Source: Lytechinus pictus
Lineage: Eukaryota
Length of the DNA stretch: 64,000 nucleotides
Direction: 5' to 3'
Assembly: GCF_037042905.1 (NCBI RefSeq)
Contig: NC_087254.1
Location: 35,278,001 to 35,342,000 of the forward strand
Both the position numbers and the translations under genes were made by a program. The notes below the pieces were generated by a model, which saw only the letters and a list, made by a program, of their open reading frames with translations, was not told the origin of the DNA and made no database searches. Below are positions 13,201-25,244 of this stretch, in pieces (the first letter of the stretch is position 1; the number at the start of each line of letters is the position of its first letter).

Positions 13201-16200
13201 GAAAGAAAAATAGGTCATGAACCATTAAAAAAATGAAATTTATATGCATTTTATATTAACTTATGGGCCATATGAAATCAGTTGATTAATTGCTAGTATT
13301 TGCTACCGTATGGTCCTGCCAGTTTGTAAATTTTAACTCTCCCTGTTTGAGTAAGTTTCCGTTATTCAACAAATTCAACAGACTATAGTATTTGTTGAAA
13401 ACCATGTCTATCGCTCCAGAGCTCTGGTATGCATTGTGTGTACTTGACAAACATTTATTCTTTTGAGGTTTTGTTTGTGTAGGTCAAGTTTAGCGTTTTC
13501 TGCGCCAGCTGGATGGTACATGTAGTACATGTGATTTGCAAATGAGATCATGGAGTATTAAAACTACAAGTGGATCTGCCTTACTCGAATCTCTAGGAAC
13601 GATGGAAATCTGTTCGAGAAATACTAAATTTGACTTGAAAATGATATCAACATATATGTATTGTATTAGGCTTGGGCAATTTCCAGCTTTCCCAGAGTTG
13701 GTTCTGACCTAAGGCTTCGGTTCTGAGAGGAGTCGACTCCACTAGTGCATTACCAGATTACCGGTACACATTAAGCTCTTTTCATCCCCTCTTTGTATGT
13801 CCGAGGGTGACCAGATTTTGGCAGTTGAAATACGGGACACTTCCTTCGAGGTCAATATACGGGATGCAGGACAAATTTGTGAAATAGGGACTTTCCCTTA
13901 AAGTACGGATTGTCTGGTCACCCTGGTATATCCGTCTCTCTCTTTCTCTCTCAAATCTCAATGTTTTTGGTTTCTTTTTTTGTTATTGAAACATTGAAAG
14001 TGTGTATCTGACCAATTTCTGGAGAAGTCTGCTTGCACTCCCACTTTATGACACAAGTGGTCTGGAGAGTAGTTCTAACGCAACTGCACAGTAATTGACA
14101 GTATAAACTAAATTTCTTGAGCCTAGAATTCTCAACTTCATTGTAAGCCTTGATTGTACATCAACAGGGCTTTTCTATGTTATAAAAAATAGAATCAGTT
14201 CTCTTGTACATTGAATCCCTTGGGCTCGAGATATGGGCCTTGAAACTATGGGGGTCGACTCCTCGACTCTGGTGACAAGAATGTGGCAAACTCGATTATT
14301 CGGCTGTGATGCCCAAGCCTATATTGTACATTCTGGTCAAATCATGATACAGTACAGTATCTTTGAATGAAAGAAGCAATTGTTTGATATCATGTTTACC
14401 ATGCACAATAGAGTGTTACGATATGTACGGCCTAGATCTTATCTTTATTCTTTAACTAGTTTAATAGTAACTGATCGCAGTGCTGTTGCCATTGCGAAAA
14501 ATGATGCAAATTTTAGGGGATACTGAACCTATACTCCTAGCTTCTATAGACATGTCATCCACTGTACCAAGGTAACTTATCTTTTGATATTCTAGATTTC
14601 TCTTTCCTTTAAATATTGTGGAGGCCTACATTGGCCAACATTTACATTTGACATTTTTGGAGGGAGAGAGAGAGAGAGAGGGGTATAGGAAGGCTTGGAA
14701 ATTGTTTCATCAAGTTGTTAGTTTCTTTGTTCACCTGTGGAAGTTGTACTGTCAAGAGATCACCTTAGAATTGTGTTATAATTGTGCACATGTACATGTA
14801 CAGTATATTTAGAACAGAAGTTGTTTGGGGATTAAAAGCTTGAGAAAAGCCTCAGCCTACCTCTGTACACTGCTTTGCTGTACTTGCATCAAGATACATG
14901 TATGCATGTTGCTTGATGATCAGTCTGTATTAAGAAATTCCTACTTTGAAGCCCATGGCCCGAATCAGTCATGGAATTATGTGCAATAAAGAACCAGGCC
15001 ATTTGGATCGGAACTGGTTATTTTACATCAACATTTATAGCTGTTTAACATTGCTGTACATGTACTTTAGTCTGTAGCACAGCTAGTACAGTACATGTAT
15101 CATATTCATTCTAAAGGTGTTTTTGTTTATTTGTGTTTAATGTAAGAAATTATGCATGCTCATAATGTTACGCTGTGAACTTGAACAGGTAACGGGAAGA
15201 GCTTACCATGAAAGCGCTAATGTATAACGGGTTGAAATATCAAGTGGTAACAATAGAAATGATTGCCTTGGGCTATCCTAGGTTAATGATGGATGACCCC
15301 ATTGGATATTTGCATTCTTTGGATTGTTTACAATAGTTGTTTGTCTGCATTCCTCAAATATTGTGATTTATAAAGTGTGCAATTCTGTATGCACTATATG
15401 CACAGGTATATATGCATGACTCTCCGTGGTTTAAATGAGGATTTTTTATTTTCTGCTTGTATCGTTTTCTCATATATCTGCCCATCTGTTTGTTACATTT
15501 GTAAATCTGTGGGTAGCAAAGAAATCTGTATCTCATTCAGTGTGTGTTGTTTAGTCCCCCCCCCCCCACAAAATGGTTTCTTGGTATATGCCCCCTCCCT
15601 CTTCCCTCGATATACCTCTGTTGAAAGTGCCAGTGGTTTCAAAACCATATTCGTGGTTATTTTCCATACATACATCAGAATTAGATAATGTATGAATTTC
15701 TTCCACAAAGTATACCCTTGAATAATACAAGTAGCGTACACTCCTCACAACAAGATACATGCACATGACAACCTCATGGTAAGCTGCAGATGTTAAAGAG
15801 TAGAATCAGCAGAGCAACAGTTTCATGGACTTTAATATTTTTGGTAATAAAGGCAGGCCAAGGTATGCTAAAGTCCACAGAAAAAAAAATTAAATTGTTA
15901 AACTGCCATTTAGTTTTAAAACAGTTTAATCCTAAATTCCTTCCTTTACTATATTATCTTTTCAGGGGTATGGAGGCCATTCCAGGCACTGTCCACCTGG
16001 AGAAGGATAGTCAGAACCTCGTGGGCATCAGTATCGGTGGAGGGGCGCCACTCTGCCCCTGTTTGTACATCGTACAGGTGTTTGACAACACCCCTGCTGC
16101 TAAAAGCAAACTCCTCAACGCTGGAGACGAGATAGTAGGGGTCAATAAGAAGTCTGTGAAGGGAAGAACTAAAGTGGAAGTGGCTCGGATGATCCAAGCT

Positions 16201-19200
16201 CTCAAGGTATGTATACTGCAGAATACAGGGTAAATTACAACTTAGTCGACACCCACTTTTAATACCTACTTTCCATTTGGTCCCACAAGGTTTAATTCTA
16301 GTTTGTCTGCTACCAGTTTGTCTACAAACAAGTACTACTTAGCCAGTTTAATATTTTAAGTAATGGAATAGGTTATACCCATTTCATCTAATAATATCCA
16401 CTTGGTCTAACAATAGTCTATTGTAGATAACTGTTAAACCAAATATTTTATGACAAAATGTGAAAATATACCAAATTTGTAACAGACCAAGTTGGTTTAG
16501 CCATGATGGTGTAAGACTATCTGAGAACTAGACCTTTGGCTACTAGGCCAGTGAATGCTAGCTGTAAGGAATACAGTATTGTACAGTATTCCCTAGTATT
16601 TTTTTTCAATTTATGAAAGGTGCTGAAATATATTTTAAATAAAAAGATATAATTAGTCTCTGCACAAAAACAAAAAAAGGTTTGAGCATGGCTTTGTTTT
16701 GCAAAGCAAAGAAATGTAAAACTTGTGATGAAAAATATGTTCTCTGTGTACAACCCCTTCCCCATTTATTCATCATCTTTCTCTCATTAAAATGTACATA
16801 TTGATACATGTAGGCCTATATTTTCTCTTGGAGAATGCGAATTACATTGTGATGTAAAAGATAATCTACATGCACTGTACCTTTACATGTACAGTTGACG
16901 TGTACCCACTTTTATTCAGAACCAAACCTTGAGCATATGGTAAAAGATGAATCTCTAAAATTGATTTATGCACAGTGCAACATCTCACTATCATTTGATA
17001 TTTATGGCCATCACAGAATCAGACAGCAAATACATGTAATTTTACTGCACTACCAGGGGTATATTTTATAAATGAAGCAATACAGTGCAACTTTTGTAAC
17101 CCATTGACCCCCCATTTGTCCTTGGAATATCTGCTCCCAACCACGGTCAAGTTCTGCAATTCACAATGATTTCTTGGGGAAGGTAACCTAAATGAATTCT
17201 GAATTCTATCATTCCTGTTAGTTTTGTACATGGACTACCCAATCCCAGTACTTTGGCAATGGGTTAATAATACACATGTATGTGCAAATGCAGGTTTCTT
17301 GATGCTCTACCTTAAGGAAGAGAGTAGAATCTAGATGCCATGGTACTTATTGCTACCTGTTTATGTCATTGCATCACTAAAAGGTCTTCATGACATACAT
17401 GTACAAGTACAGTATAGAGGACAATGTACATCACGACATTGGAATTATGTGTTATAGAAGTTGTGTTGGAATTAAGTTTCTTGCTGGGTATGAGAGCTAC
17501 ATGTATGCTGCAGAACACTGTGGGGGGGTAGTGTTTCTTAAAGTTGCAATTTAATTTCCTAGCGGTATGTTACACATCACTACATTGCTCTGATTATGCA
17601 ATAGCGGATGTGCACTAATGCTTTAAATTCCTTGAATTTGATCGGCTGAGAAGCACTATGGCAAGTGTCTGTAAAAACAGGACTTGTCTGATAAAATATC
17701 TGACAAGTCCTTTCATGAAACTCTCTCATCTAGAGCTGCAGGAAGTTTAATATTTGTACATCCAAACCAATGTTGCCAGATAAGAAATTTTAGAATGACT
17801 TTATGCATATTTTCTTTGATTTTTGATAGGGAGAGGTGATAATCAGCTATAACAGCCTCAAAGCAGACACCAAGGAAGGGAAAGGAATGGATATTGCTCT
17901 CAAGAAAGCCAAACATCGGATGGTGGAGAACATGAGTTCTTCAACTGCTGATGCCCTCGGTCTCAGTAGAGCTATTCTCTGTAATGGTAAGTTATACAGG
18001 GACATGGGGCCTGTACCACAAAGCTTAAAGGTCAAGTCCACCCCAGAAAAATGTTTATTTGAATAAATAGAGAAAAATCCATCTAGCAGAATCACTGAAA
18101 ATTTCATCAAAATCGGATGTAAAATAAGAAAGTTATGGCATTTTTAAGTTTCGCTTATTTTGTCACAAAACAGTGATATGCACAACTCAGTGACATGCAA
18201 ATGAGAGAGTCGATGATGTCACTCACTCACTATTTCTTTTGTTTTTTATTGTTTGAATTATACAATATTTCATTTTTTACAGATTTGACAATAAGGACCA
18301 ACTTGACTGAACCATATAGTATTAAACAATGCTAATTCCACATGTTCAGGAGGATTTTAATCGTTCTTTCACTTGACAATGAGGAGAAAATTAGATTATT
18401 TCATATTTCATATAATAAAATACAAAAGAAATAGTGAGTGGATGACGTCATCAGTCTCCTTATTTGCATACTGACCAGGATGTGCATATAACTGTTTTGT
18501 GAAATTAAGCAAAACTTTAAAATGTCATAACTTTCTTATTTTACATCCGATTTTTATGAAATTTTCAGGGTTATGCTTGTTGGATTTTTCTTTTTTTATT
18601 CAAATCCATTTTTTGTTGGGGTGGACTTGTCCTTTAATAGCAATGATCGTAGAACATTTTTCCACAATTGATTCCATTGAATACAATGTACAATCAATTG
18701 TGAAAATCAAGTGTACGATTAATCACGAATCTTTGTGTTACGAGACCCTGGATGGTGTTTCACAAAGCTGTTCTTAAAGTTACGCATGACTTTATGAACA
18801 GCCGGAACATGGGGCGTCAAGTCAGCTGCAACCTGTGCAAGAAAGGGTCCCTATTCATGGGTAAAGCCATGCATAACTTACAAACAGCTTTATGAAACAG
18901 CCCTTAGGCACCTATGGGGCCCACTATCTATTGTTGGGATCATATGACATGTATGTATAATTGCTCATTGAGCATGAAACCAAACGGTCACAACCTTGGC
19001 TAGTTTGAATCCTGATTTGAGGCTTTATTGATTCACCTAGAATACACTATAGTTCATACATGTATATTTTTATATGGATGGTTAATATCAACGTGAAGCC
19101 AAGTGTATATTTACTTGTACTGAAAGAGACCTGCATAATTTATTTGCACATTATGGTAAAGTCACCAGGTTTTACCCACCATTAGGTCAACTGCATTTTT

Positions 19201-22200
19201 TATTAACCTCCTTGAAGTCATTTGGTGGTATTCTGATTGATAAACCAAGGTTTAAACCTATTTAAAACTAGAATGTCAAACCACCCTTCTACATGTATGG
19301 AATGTTGGCATTCATAATATTTCTTTCATATTTGTGGTAATTATAATGTATCAATTCATTTTAATAATTAAAGTCATAATATTTCTGTATTATCTCATTC
19401 TTCCCATTTCATGACTGGATTAAGTTTTTGGCAACCTTTTGCAGCAGGATTTAATTGGTGAAGGAGTTGACAACTTGCAATCCATAAGTGTGGTCAAACT
19501 CAACCCAGGTTTTTACAAAACCATAGCCATCAGAATACCACCTATTGTATTTCATGATAAAGCTGAAGCAAATCTATTTCATGTGCTCAAGTCCCTTGCC
19601 TTACAACAGCATCATACTTATTACTGAATCCAATTGATATAATTTTTAAAATTTAAATCAATGAAGAATATTGTAACTATCTTGTTCTGCTAGATGTTTT
19701 GATTAAGCGACTAGATGAGCTGAATAAGACATCCCGTCTGTATAAAGGACTGATGGACCACACCAAGAAACTGCTCAAGATCTTCTATGAAATGTCCAGC
19801 ACACACAGAGGTAATGACTATTGGATGTATCTGAGAAGGGAAGGTTGATCCATTGCTGGGTCATTTATAAAGTCACTTGAAGAGGCCCTAAAGCTCTTCA
19901 TCCTCTTGGGTGCCTACTTGAAAATATTTTAAGTAATAAAGGACAAGTCCAACCCAACAAAAAGTTGATTTGAATAAAAAGAAAAAAATTCAACAAGCAT
20001 AACACTGAAAATTTCATCAAAATCGGATGTGAAATAAGAAAGTTATGACATTTTGAATTTTTGCTTAATTTCACAAAAAAGTTATATGCACTTCTTGGTC
20101 GGTATGCAAATGGACTGATGACATCATCCACTTACTATTTCTTTTGTATTTTATCATATGAAATATGGAATATTCTAATTTTCTCCTCATTGGCAAGTTA
20201 AAAAACGATTAATTCCTCCCTGAACGTGTGGAATTAGTATTGTTTGATACGTATGGTTTAGTCAAGTCGGTCCTTATTGTCAAATGTGTAAAAACTGAAA
20301 TATTGTATAATTCAAACAATAAAAGACAAAAGAAATAGTGAGTGAGGGACATCATCGAATGTCTCATTTGCATGTCACTGAGTTGTGCATATCACTGTTT
20401 TGTGAAAGATAAGCAAAACTTTAAAATGTCATAACTTTCTTATTTTACATTTGATTTTGATGAAATTTTCAGCATTATGCTAGTTTGATTTTTCTCTATT
20501 TATTCAAATCAACATTTTTCTGGGGTGGACTTGACCTTTAAAGCCTAAGAATTCTACACTTTGAAAAAAAAAATTCATCACCTTTTATTGATTAAAAAGG
20601 GGAAACAAATAAACAATTGTAACAATAAGCACAGGTTTCCTGTTCTAAACAAAAATGATACAGGACATGGACATCATCTAATGAAAAGAATAAAGTGCAG
20701 TAAAAAAACAGAAACAAACATAAGTCAAGAAATATGCACATATCAAACAAGCTGATTCGATCAATAACAAAATAGTGAGAAGGGGGAAAGGAGGGGGATA
20801 TACCTTGTGCGTTAATTAACTTGTTCTGATATTAACATGAATTCTTAATTTTACTCACTTATTGGTATTACAAAAATATATAAATTATGTGAATATAATT
20901 TTTAAAAAATAAAGAGCAAATAAACATTTTATCTCTTTTTTTAGGAGTGATTTTGTTCCAGAATAGTTGTATAAGATACAGTTCATATTTTATCAACCTA
21001 ACATGCCTAAGAATGAAACTTTTAAATTGTATTATTTTTGTGTATGTTTATTTTGAGAACTCTTGATATTAAAGTGTAGTTTATGTATCATGGTTATCTT
21101 CAATAATATCCATGTCCTTTTGAAGGACCGTTTATTATCATTACCACTGTTATTCAATGAAATGTTGGTCTTATATGTTCATGTAGGAAATACTATTTTT
21201 TTTTCTAAACAGCATTTGGTGATATCTTTTGCCTGATCGGCACAAGGGAGATTCAGCCGAAAGCTAGCGAGGCCTTCACAAAGTTTGGAGACGCTCATCG
21301 AAACATGGAGAAGTTTGGCATCAGGTTGCTGAGAACGGTCAAACCTGTAAGGATATCATCATTCTGCCTTTAAATCTTATATTGATTCGATTCAATCTGT
21401 GTGTCATAATGCATATGCTACCAACTTTTGTTGTAATACATTCATTGAATAATACTCAAGTAGAAATTGTTTTATAGGTACATGGACACTTCCGTTATAT
21501 AAGCACCCTGACCCCCGTTTATGACTGTTCTTAATTCTTACTTCACTTCACAAATTGTACAAGTCATGATAAGCGAAAGTTTTCCTCTTTGCATATTAGC
21601 TACAAAACAGAAAATTATTTCAGCAAGGTCTCGTGTATAGGAAGTTGGATGCACATATGAATTTCATGGAATTGCCAATATATAAGCTCCCAAACATTGT
21701 GAAAATAAATAGAAAAAATTTGTACCCCAAACAATAATTAGCTTTAACCCTAAATAGACTGGGCTATTTCGACGCCTAAAAACACCGGGGGGGGGGGGGG
21801 GGGGAGGGGCTGATTCAGCCCCCCTTATGATCTCGGCCTTCGATCGCGACGAAAATTGGCACGCGCGTTACCCATGGCATTATCTACAAAACTATAATAT
21901 CAAATTCTGCGAAAAATCTCATTGCTCATTAATTATGTTAATTTATGCGTAAAATCATAAGTTTGCTCTGATTAACAAAATAATGCCCCTAAAATGCTAA
22001 TTTTTGTTTCACATACTGTTTATAGGCATCTGATTAAATTTATTTAAAAAAAATGTAAACAACACATTTATTTTTTATGTATTTTACTGCTTTCTTAATT
22101 TCTTATGTATTTCTTTGTTTTTCGACTTTTTGTTTTTTTTATTGTTTTTTCAATGGAAATTGTCGGAGACTTTATTTTGACCATAAACAAGATAAAATTA

Positions 22201-24581
22201 ATTGATTTTAAGCAGTAAAAGGAAAAATAATGATACATTTTATGAATTTTGGCTAAAAACACTATTTGCATTGGATTTGTACACAAATTAACATTTTTGA
22301 GCAATTTTGGGTCTGCATGCACTTACGAAATGTTGCGTAAGTTCGGAACCGCGTACCCGGGATACACAGTTTTTGGTCTCAAAAGTTGCACGAGACTTGA
22401 AATTAAAAAGTCAGCGAGTGACGCGGTCAAAAAAATTCGCGCGGCAGATTTATTGCGTAAAATGTTGAGGGGGGGGCTGAATCAGCCCCCCCGCCCCCCC
22501 AGTCTTCTTAGGGTTAAATACTGATTGATTTTGTTGACTTGAGCTTCATTTTGAGGTCTTTTTAAACTTTAATCTGTACAGATGCTATCAGATCTTGGGA
22601 CATTCCTCACGAAAGCCATTCCAGACACCAAACTCACCATCAAGAAGTATGCCGATGCTAAATTTGAATACCTGGTGAGTTCTATTTTTTGTTATTTGAT
22701 ATGTCACATATGAGGATATATATATAAATATATAGCAAAATTTAATCTGTTTCATTTTTAGGGATTTTTCTTGTTGATTAGGAATTCACTCTCTGTTTTA
22801 TTGGGTTTATCACAAAATATTAATGTTAAGCTCAATATGATAACAGCAGTATCAACAACAACAGTATGGTAATGATAGTGATAGTAATATCAATAATAAG
22901 TTTACCACAGACATACATATTCAAACATTTCCAATTTTAGAGGCCTGCAGATAATAATTTACCAATGTCTTTTTGTTTTTAAAGGATATAACTAAGTGTT
23001 CTTGGAAGTACATTTGTCTGGTTACCATGGTTTCATTTTCATACTCAAATCAAAGAAAGGTTAAATGCTTGGCACAAACAAGATGGGATAGAAATATGAT
23101 GCATGTATTTCTTGTTTTCTCTTTCAATTACGATCATAATAAATTGACTTTGTCTATAATTTGTGCATATTTTTTAGGAAAAAAATATTTAATTCATGTT
23201 TCTTAGTTTGGAGGACATACATGTAATATACTATATTACTTAGTATGATTAATGTAGATTAATATATATCCTCTGTTTCTGTTGATCTTATCAGTCATAC
23301 TGTTTGAAAGTAAAGGAGATGGATGATGAAGAGTATGCATATGCTACACTTGGAGAACCTCTTTACAGAGTGGAGACAGGAAACTATGAGTACAGGTAAG
23401 GATCTATTTCATTATTTTTTTATTTTATTTTAACCATAATAGTCCAGGGAGGGCGTGGCGGCATTAATTCACGATTGTATAGTCCCAGACGAGATCTGGG
23501 GGGCATAATGTCCCCCCTCCCCTTCCTCAGGACTTACCAGACTCAAATAGCCAGGACTATTAGGGTTAAATGTAAATATAAAATATAGATATTTATCTAA
23601 ATTTAATCATGGTTTTTATGTGGCAGTTATGGGCCACTTTTCATCAGACCCAAAGAACAATATAAATAAATAATTCAAAAGAATAAAATATTGCTATATT
23701 TGGTATTATTAAACGTGTCAATATTTCATGTCATCTCATTGCAGATTGATATTGCGATGCCGGCAAGAAGCAAGGGCAAGGTTCGCTAAGTTAAGATCAG
23801 ATGTGATGGTTAAAATGGAGTTATTGGACCAGAAACATGGTAAGCTTCATTATTAACATAGGGACATACACAAGGGTAAGAGAGCCTGTTGCCCGAATTG
23901 CCCCACAAATATCTAAACTAGAATGCTTTGGAGTGATAATCTTTTTGAAGTTGCCTCAAACAGTATTCAGAATGTATTGAAAATTAATTTTCTTCATTAT
24001 AATTACTTTAACAGCATAATTGTTCATGGCATAAAAAAGTAGCTCTTTACATGTAAATGCAAGAATAGCCCTGATAATTCAGAATTCACCCAAATTGAAA
24101 AACCTTACCCCTAATTTTTTTTTCATACTCTAATCACTAAATCTGTTTTTTTTTTACCATTCAAAGTGGGTCCTTAAACTGTTATTTCGTACAGTCTATC
24201 ACTAATAGAGCAAGAAAACCTTCATAAATAAATGTGAAAGAGTGAAAAAGTATGACTAACATAACACTGTATCTAATTCCCACTAATGCAACCTCGTTCT
24301 CTTTTCTTTTTGCAGTTCAAGATATAGTTTTCCAGCTCCACCGCCTGGTGTCTGCCATGACCCAGTACCTCCAGGATTGTCACCAGCAGATGAAGAACAC
24401 CGACCTCTTCCCTATCGAGGTCGATCTCCTCAGGACGACCATCAATTACGACAGGTCTGATCAGTTCAACGATGGCTTCGATGATGAAGAGGATGAGGAG
24501 GAGGAAGAGGAGGAGCATGAGAATAACAGAAGCGGTGGTGGAGGTAGTCTGATGGAGGGAAACCTCATTGATACATCGTAG
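1251..24581 (+). CDS. PICK1: PRKCA-binding protein PICK1 (PDZ + BAR/Arfaptin-homology + acidic tail), spliced CDS join(1251..1279,15966..16206,17830..17986,19694..19810,21213..21346,22582..22674,23295..23395,23745..23839,24316..24581), 1233 nt, 410 aa
   Basis: All eight introns are GT..AG and phases join in frame. Translation MDFELEEDRMGMEAIPGTVHLEKDSQNLVGISIGGGAPLCPCLYIVQVFDNTPAA...KHRMVENMSSSTADALGLSRAILCND...KAIPDTKLTIKKYADAKFEYLSYCLKVKEMDDEEY...ELLDQKHVQDIVFQL...FPIEVDL closely follows known PICK1 sequence. Confidence 0.97.
2091..3126. mobile_element. ~1-kb insertion with near-perfect 9-bp target duplication (possibly Mutator-like, non-autonomous)
   Basis: Flanked by atcattgag (2082-2090) and attattgag (3127-3135); ends tagac...gtcta; absent from sister MITE copies. 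Confidence 0.6.
2578..2758 (-). mobile_element. Composite SINE candidate: 7SL/Alu-like head, B-box, Deu-domain-like segment, (CA)n tail
   Basis: Minus strand reads ACTGGGCGTGGTGGCGTGCGCCTGTAATCCAAGCTTTGGGGAAG...GGTTCGAGCCC...TCTTTCGGATGGTGACGTTAAAGGTCGGTCCC...ACACACACACAC. Confidence 0.65.
4690..5070. repeat. Two diverged ~170-bp tandem units inside an unclassified interspersed repeat
   Basis: Repeated block aatggttaaaaa...tgtgcttacta...aatgacataataaagct(c/t)aatctgca...attatgattt(t/c)atatttca...tcaagttcaagg at ~4747 and ~4916. Confidence 0.65.
5838..7175. mobile_element. TTAA-flanked (Kolobok-like) non-autonomous DNA transposon
   Basis: ttaa|aggagaatgaaa ... tttcattttcct|ttaa; subterminal inverted 24-mer ttgtgac(a/g)tcagcgacgtacaact at 6021 and 6959. 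Confidence 0.8.
11556..11990 (+). mobile_element. DINE-1/Tsp/pearl-like Helentron-associated element (HINE)
   Basis: T-run start, gcccgtc.../ggcgggcgtatt subterminal inverted motif, GTCY microsatellite (gtccgtctgtctgtct), two ~130-bp internal tandem units (11641, 11771), ends cttgtt. Confidence 0.75.
12470..12950 (-). mobile_element. Degenerate L2/CR1-group LINE ORF2 3' fragment
   Basis: Minus-strand peptides NSLKINPQKTEVIHVSSR...KAHNLGFHMD and LRSSNQ...SFGDRA...WNKLPNHLR, typical of post-RT C-terminal LINE sequence; frameshifted. Confidence 0.7.
13667..14321. mobile_element. hAT-like non-autonomous element (outer)
   Basis: TIR taggcttgggca/tgcccaagccta; 8-bp TSD tattgtat/tattgtac. Confidence 0.75.
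13803..13925. mobile_element. Small hAT-like MITE nested in the previous element
   Basis: TIR agggtgaccaga/tctggtcaccct; 8-bp TSD gtatgtcc/gtatatcc. Confidence 0.8.
15966..16206 (+). CDS. PICK1: PICK1 exon 2, PDZ domain
   Basis: ttcag acceptor, AAG|GTATGT donor; encodes KD carboxylate-binding residues, GISIGGG and CPC motif. Confidence 0.97.
17830..17986 (+). CDS. PICK1: PICK1 exon 3, PDZ end and PDZ-BAR linker
   Basis: GEVIISYNSLKAD...GLSRAILCN; tag acceptor, G|GTAAGT donor. Confidence 0.96.
18029..18633. mobile_element. ~600-bp TTAA-type (Kolobok-like) MITE, intact
   Basis: ttaa|aggtcaagtccacccc ... ggggtggacttgtcct|ttaa; long internal inverted arms. Confidence 0.9.
18750..18904. mobile_element. 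Short palindromic MITE (Harbinger-like termini)
   Basis: tgtttcacaaagctgtt...aacagctttatgaaacagcccc inverted ends; relative at ~45630-45984. Confidence 0.55.
19224..19542. mobile_element. Harbinger-like MITE
   Basis: TIR ggtggtattctga/tcagaataccacc; related to elements at 24678-25244. Confidence 0.65.
19694..19810 (+). CDS. PICK1: PICK1 exon 4, BAR helix 1
   Basis: DVLIKRLDELNKTSRLYKGLMDHTKKLLKIFYEMSSTHR; canonical splice sites. Confidence 0.95.
19940..20537. mobile_element. ~600-bp TTAA-type (Kolobok-like) MITE, intact, opposite orientation to 18029 copy
   Basis: aggacaagtccaacc ... ggggtggacttgacct|ttaa; reverse-complement match to 18029-18633. Confidence 0.9.
21213..21346 (+). CDS. PICK1: PICK1 exon 5, BAR
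   Basis: AFGDIFCLIGTREIQPKASEAFTKFGDAHRNMEKFGIRLLRTVKP; canonical splice sites. Confidence 0.95.
21748..22513. mobile_element. piggyBac-like MITE
   Basis: ttaa|ccctaaatagactggg ... cccagtcttcttaggg|ttaa; subterminal gggctga(t/a)tcagcccc palindromes at both ends. Confidence 0.85.
22582..22674 (+). CDS. PICK1: PICK1 exon 6, BAR
   Basis: MLSDLGTFLTKAIPDTKLTIKKYADAKFEYL; CTG|GTGAGT donor. Confidence 0.95.
23295..23395 (+). CDS. PICK1: PICK1 exon 7, BAR
   Basis: SYCLKVKEMDDEEYAYATLGEPLYRVETGNYEYR; canonical splice sites. Confidence 0.95.
23434..23565. mobile_element. Mini piggyBac-like MITE (132 bp)
   Basis: ttaa|ccataatagtccagg ... ccaggactattaggg|ttaa. Confidence 0.7.
23745..23839 (+). CDS. 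PICK1: PICK1 exon 8, BAR
   Basis: LILRCRQEARARFAKLRSDVMVKMELLDQKH; canonical splice sites. Confidence 0.95.
24316..24581 (+). CDS. PICK1: PICK1 terminal coding exon, BAR end and acidic C-terminal tail
   Basis: tgcag acceptor; VQDIVFQLHRLVSAM...DLFPIEVDL...DDEEDEEEEEEE...NLIDTS, then TAG. Confidence 0.95.
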
Positions 24582-24677
24582 GATGGGTTGGTAGCAATGG
24601 TGGTTGCTACCAGTTGATCTACAAACCAGTAGCTCTACATCTAAGATAGTCTAATACTACATGGGCTGAACCCCATT

Positions 24678-25244
24678 GGCCCGTATTCTTAACTCCGGTT
24701 CAAACTTGTGGTGTAACTATGGATAGCCAGTTGTGACAACAACAAAAACGGTGGAGGTCCGATATATCAGCTCATTTGACTCTCAGATCATTGTTAACTG
24801 TCTGGGAAGGCTAAATAAGATAATTGTCTTCACCATGAGAAGCGTCCAATGTAAACAAAATTTTGATGTGTTTGGCTTCCCATAAATTTAGCAGAGAGTC
24901 TAAGGCCGTATTCTGAAGTCAGGTTTATCGTAGACCACGGTCTAATTCTGTGCTACAATTATGGGGATCCAAAAATTCTGTTTATGTTGTATATTTTTTG
25001 TTGCTTACTATATTGTTTCCTTTTGCTTTCATAATGAGGAAAAATGCTTCAGTTATCATTCCAAGACAATTATGAACAGTTTGGATGTCACATGAGTTAA
25101 TAAATTGGATGTGTAGTGTTATGGGTTTGTGTCCCAATGGGCTCTTCTTAGTTAACCACATCTTTAAACCAAGGTTTACTTTAAACCTGAGTTCAGAATA
25201 CGGGCCTAATGGTCTAATTTAAACCGGACTCTAGAATGAGGGCC
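24678..25244. mobile_element. PIF/Harbinger-like MITE (outer) downstream of PICK1 stop
   Basis: TIR ggcccgtattct.../agaatgagggcc; 3-bp TSD att/att. Confidence 0.7.
24904..25206. mobile_element. PIF/Harbinger-like MITE (inner, same family)
   Basis: TIR ggccgtattctgaagtcaggttta/taaacctgagttcagaatacgggcc; TSD taa/taa. Confidence 0.8.

Noticed and set aside
15790-15965. N-terminal extension of the PICK1 PDZ ORF from ATG 15790
   Set aside because: Intronic read-through; a strong acceptor at 15965 and a homologous exon 1 at 1251 explain the true start.
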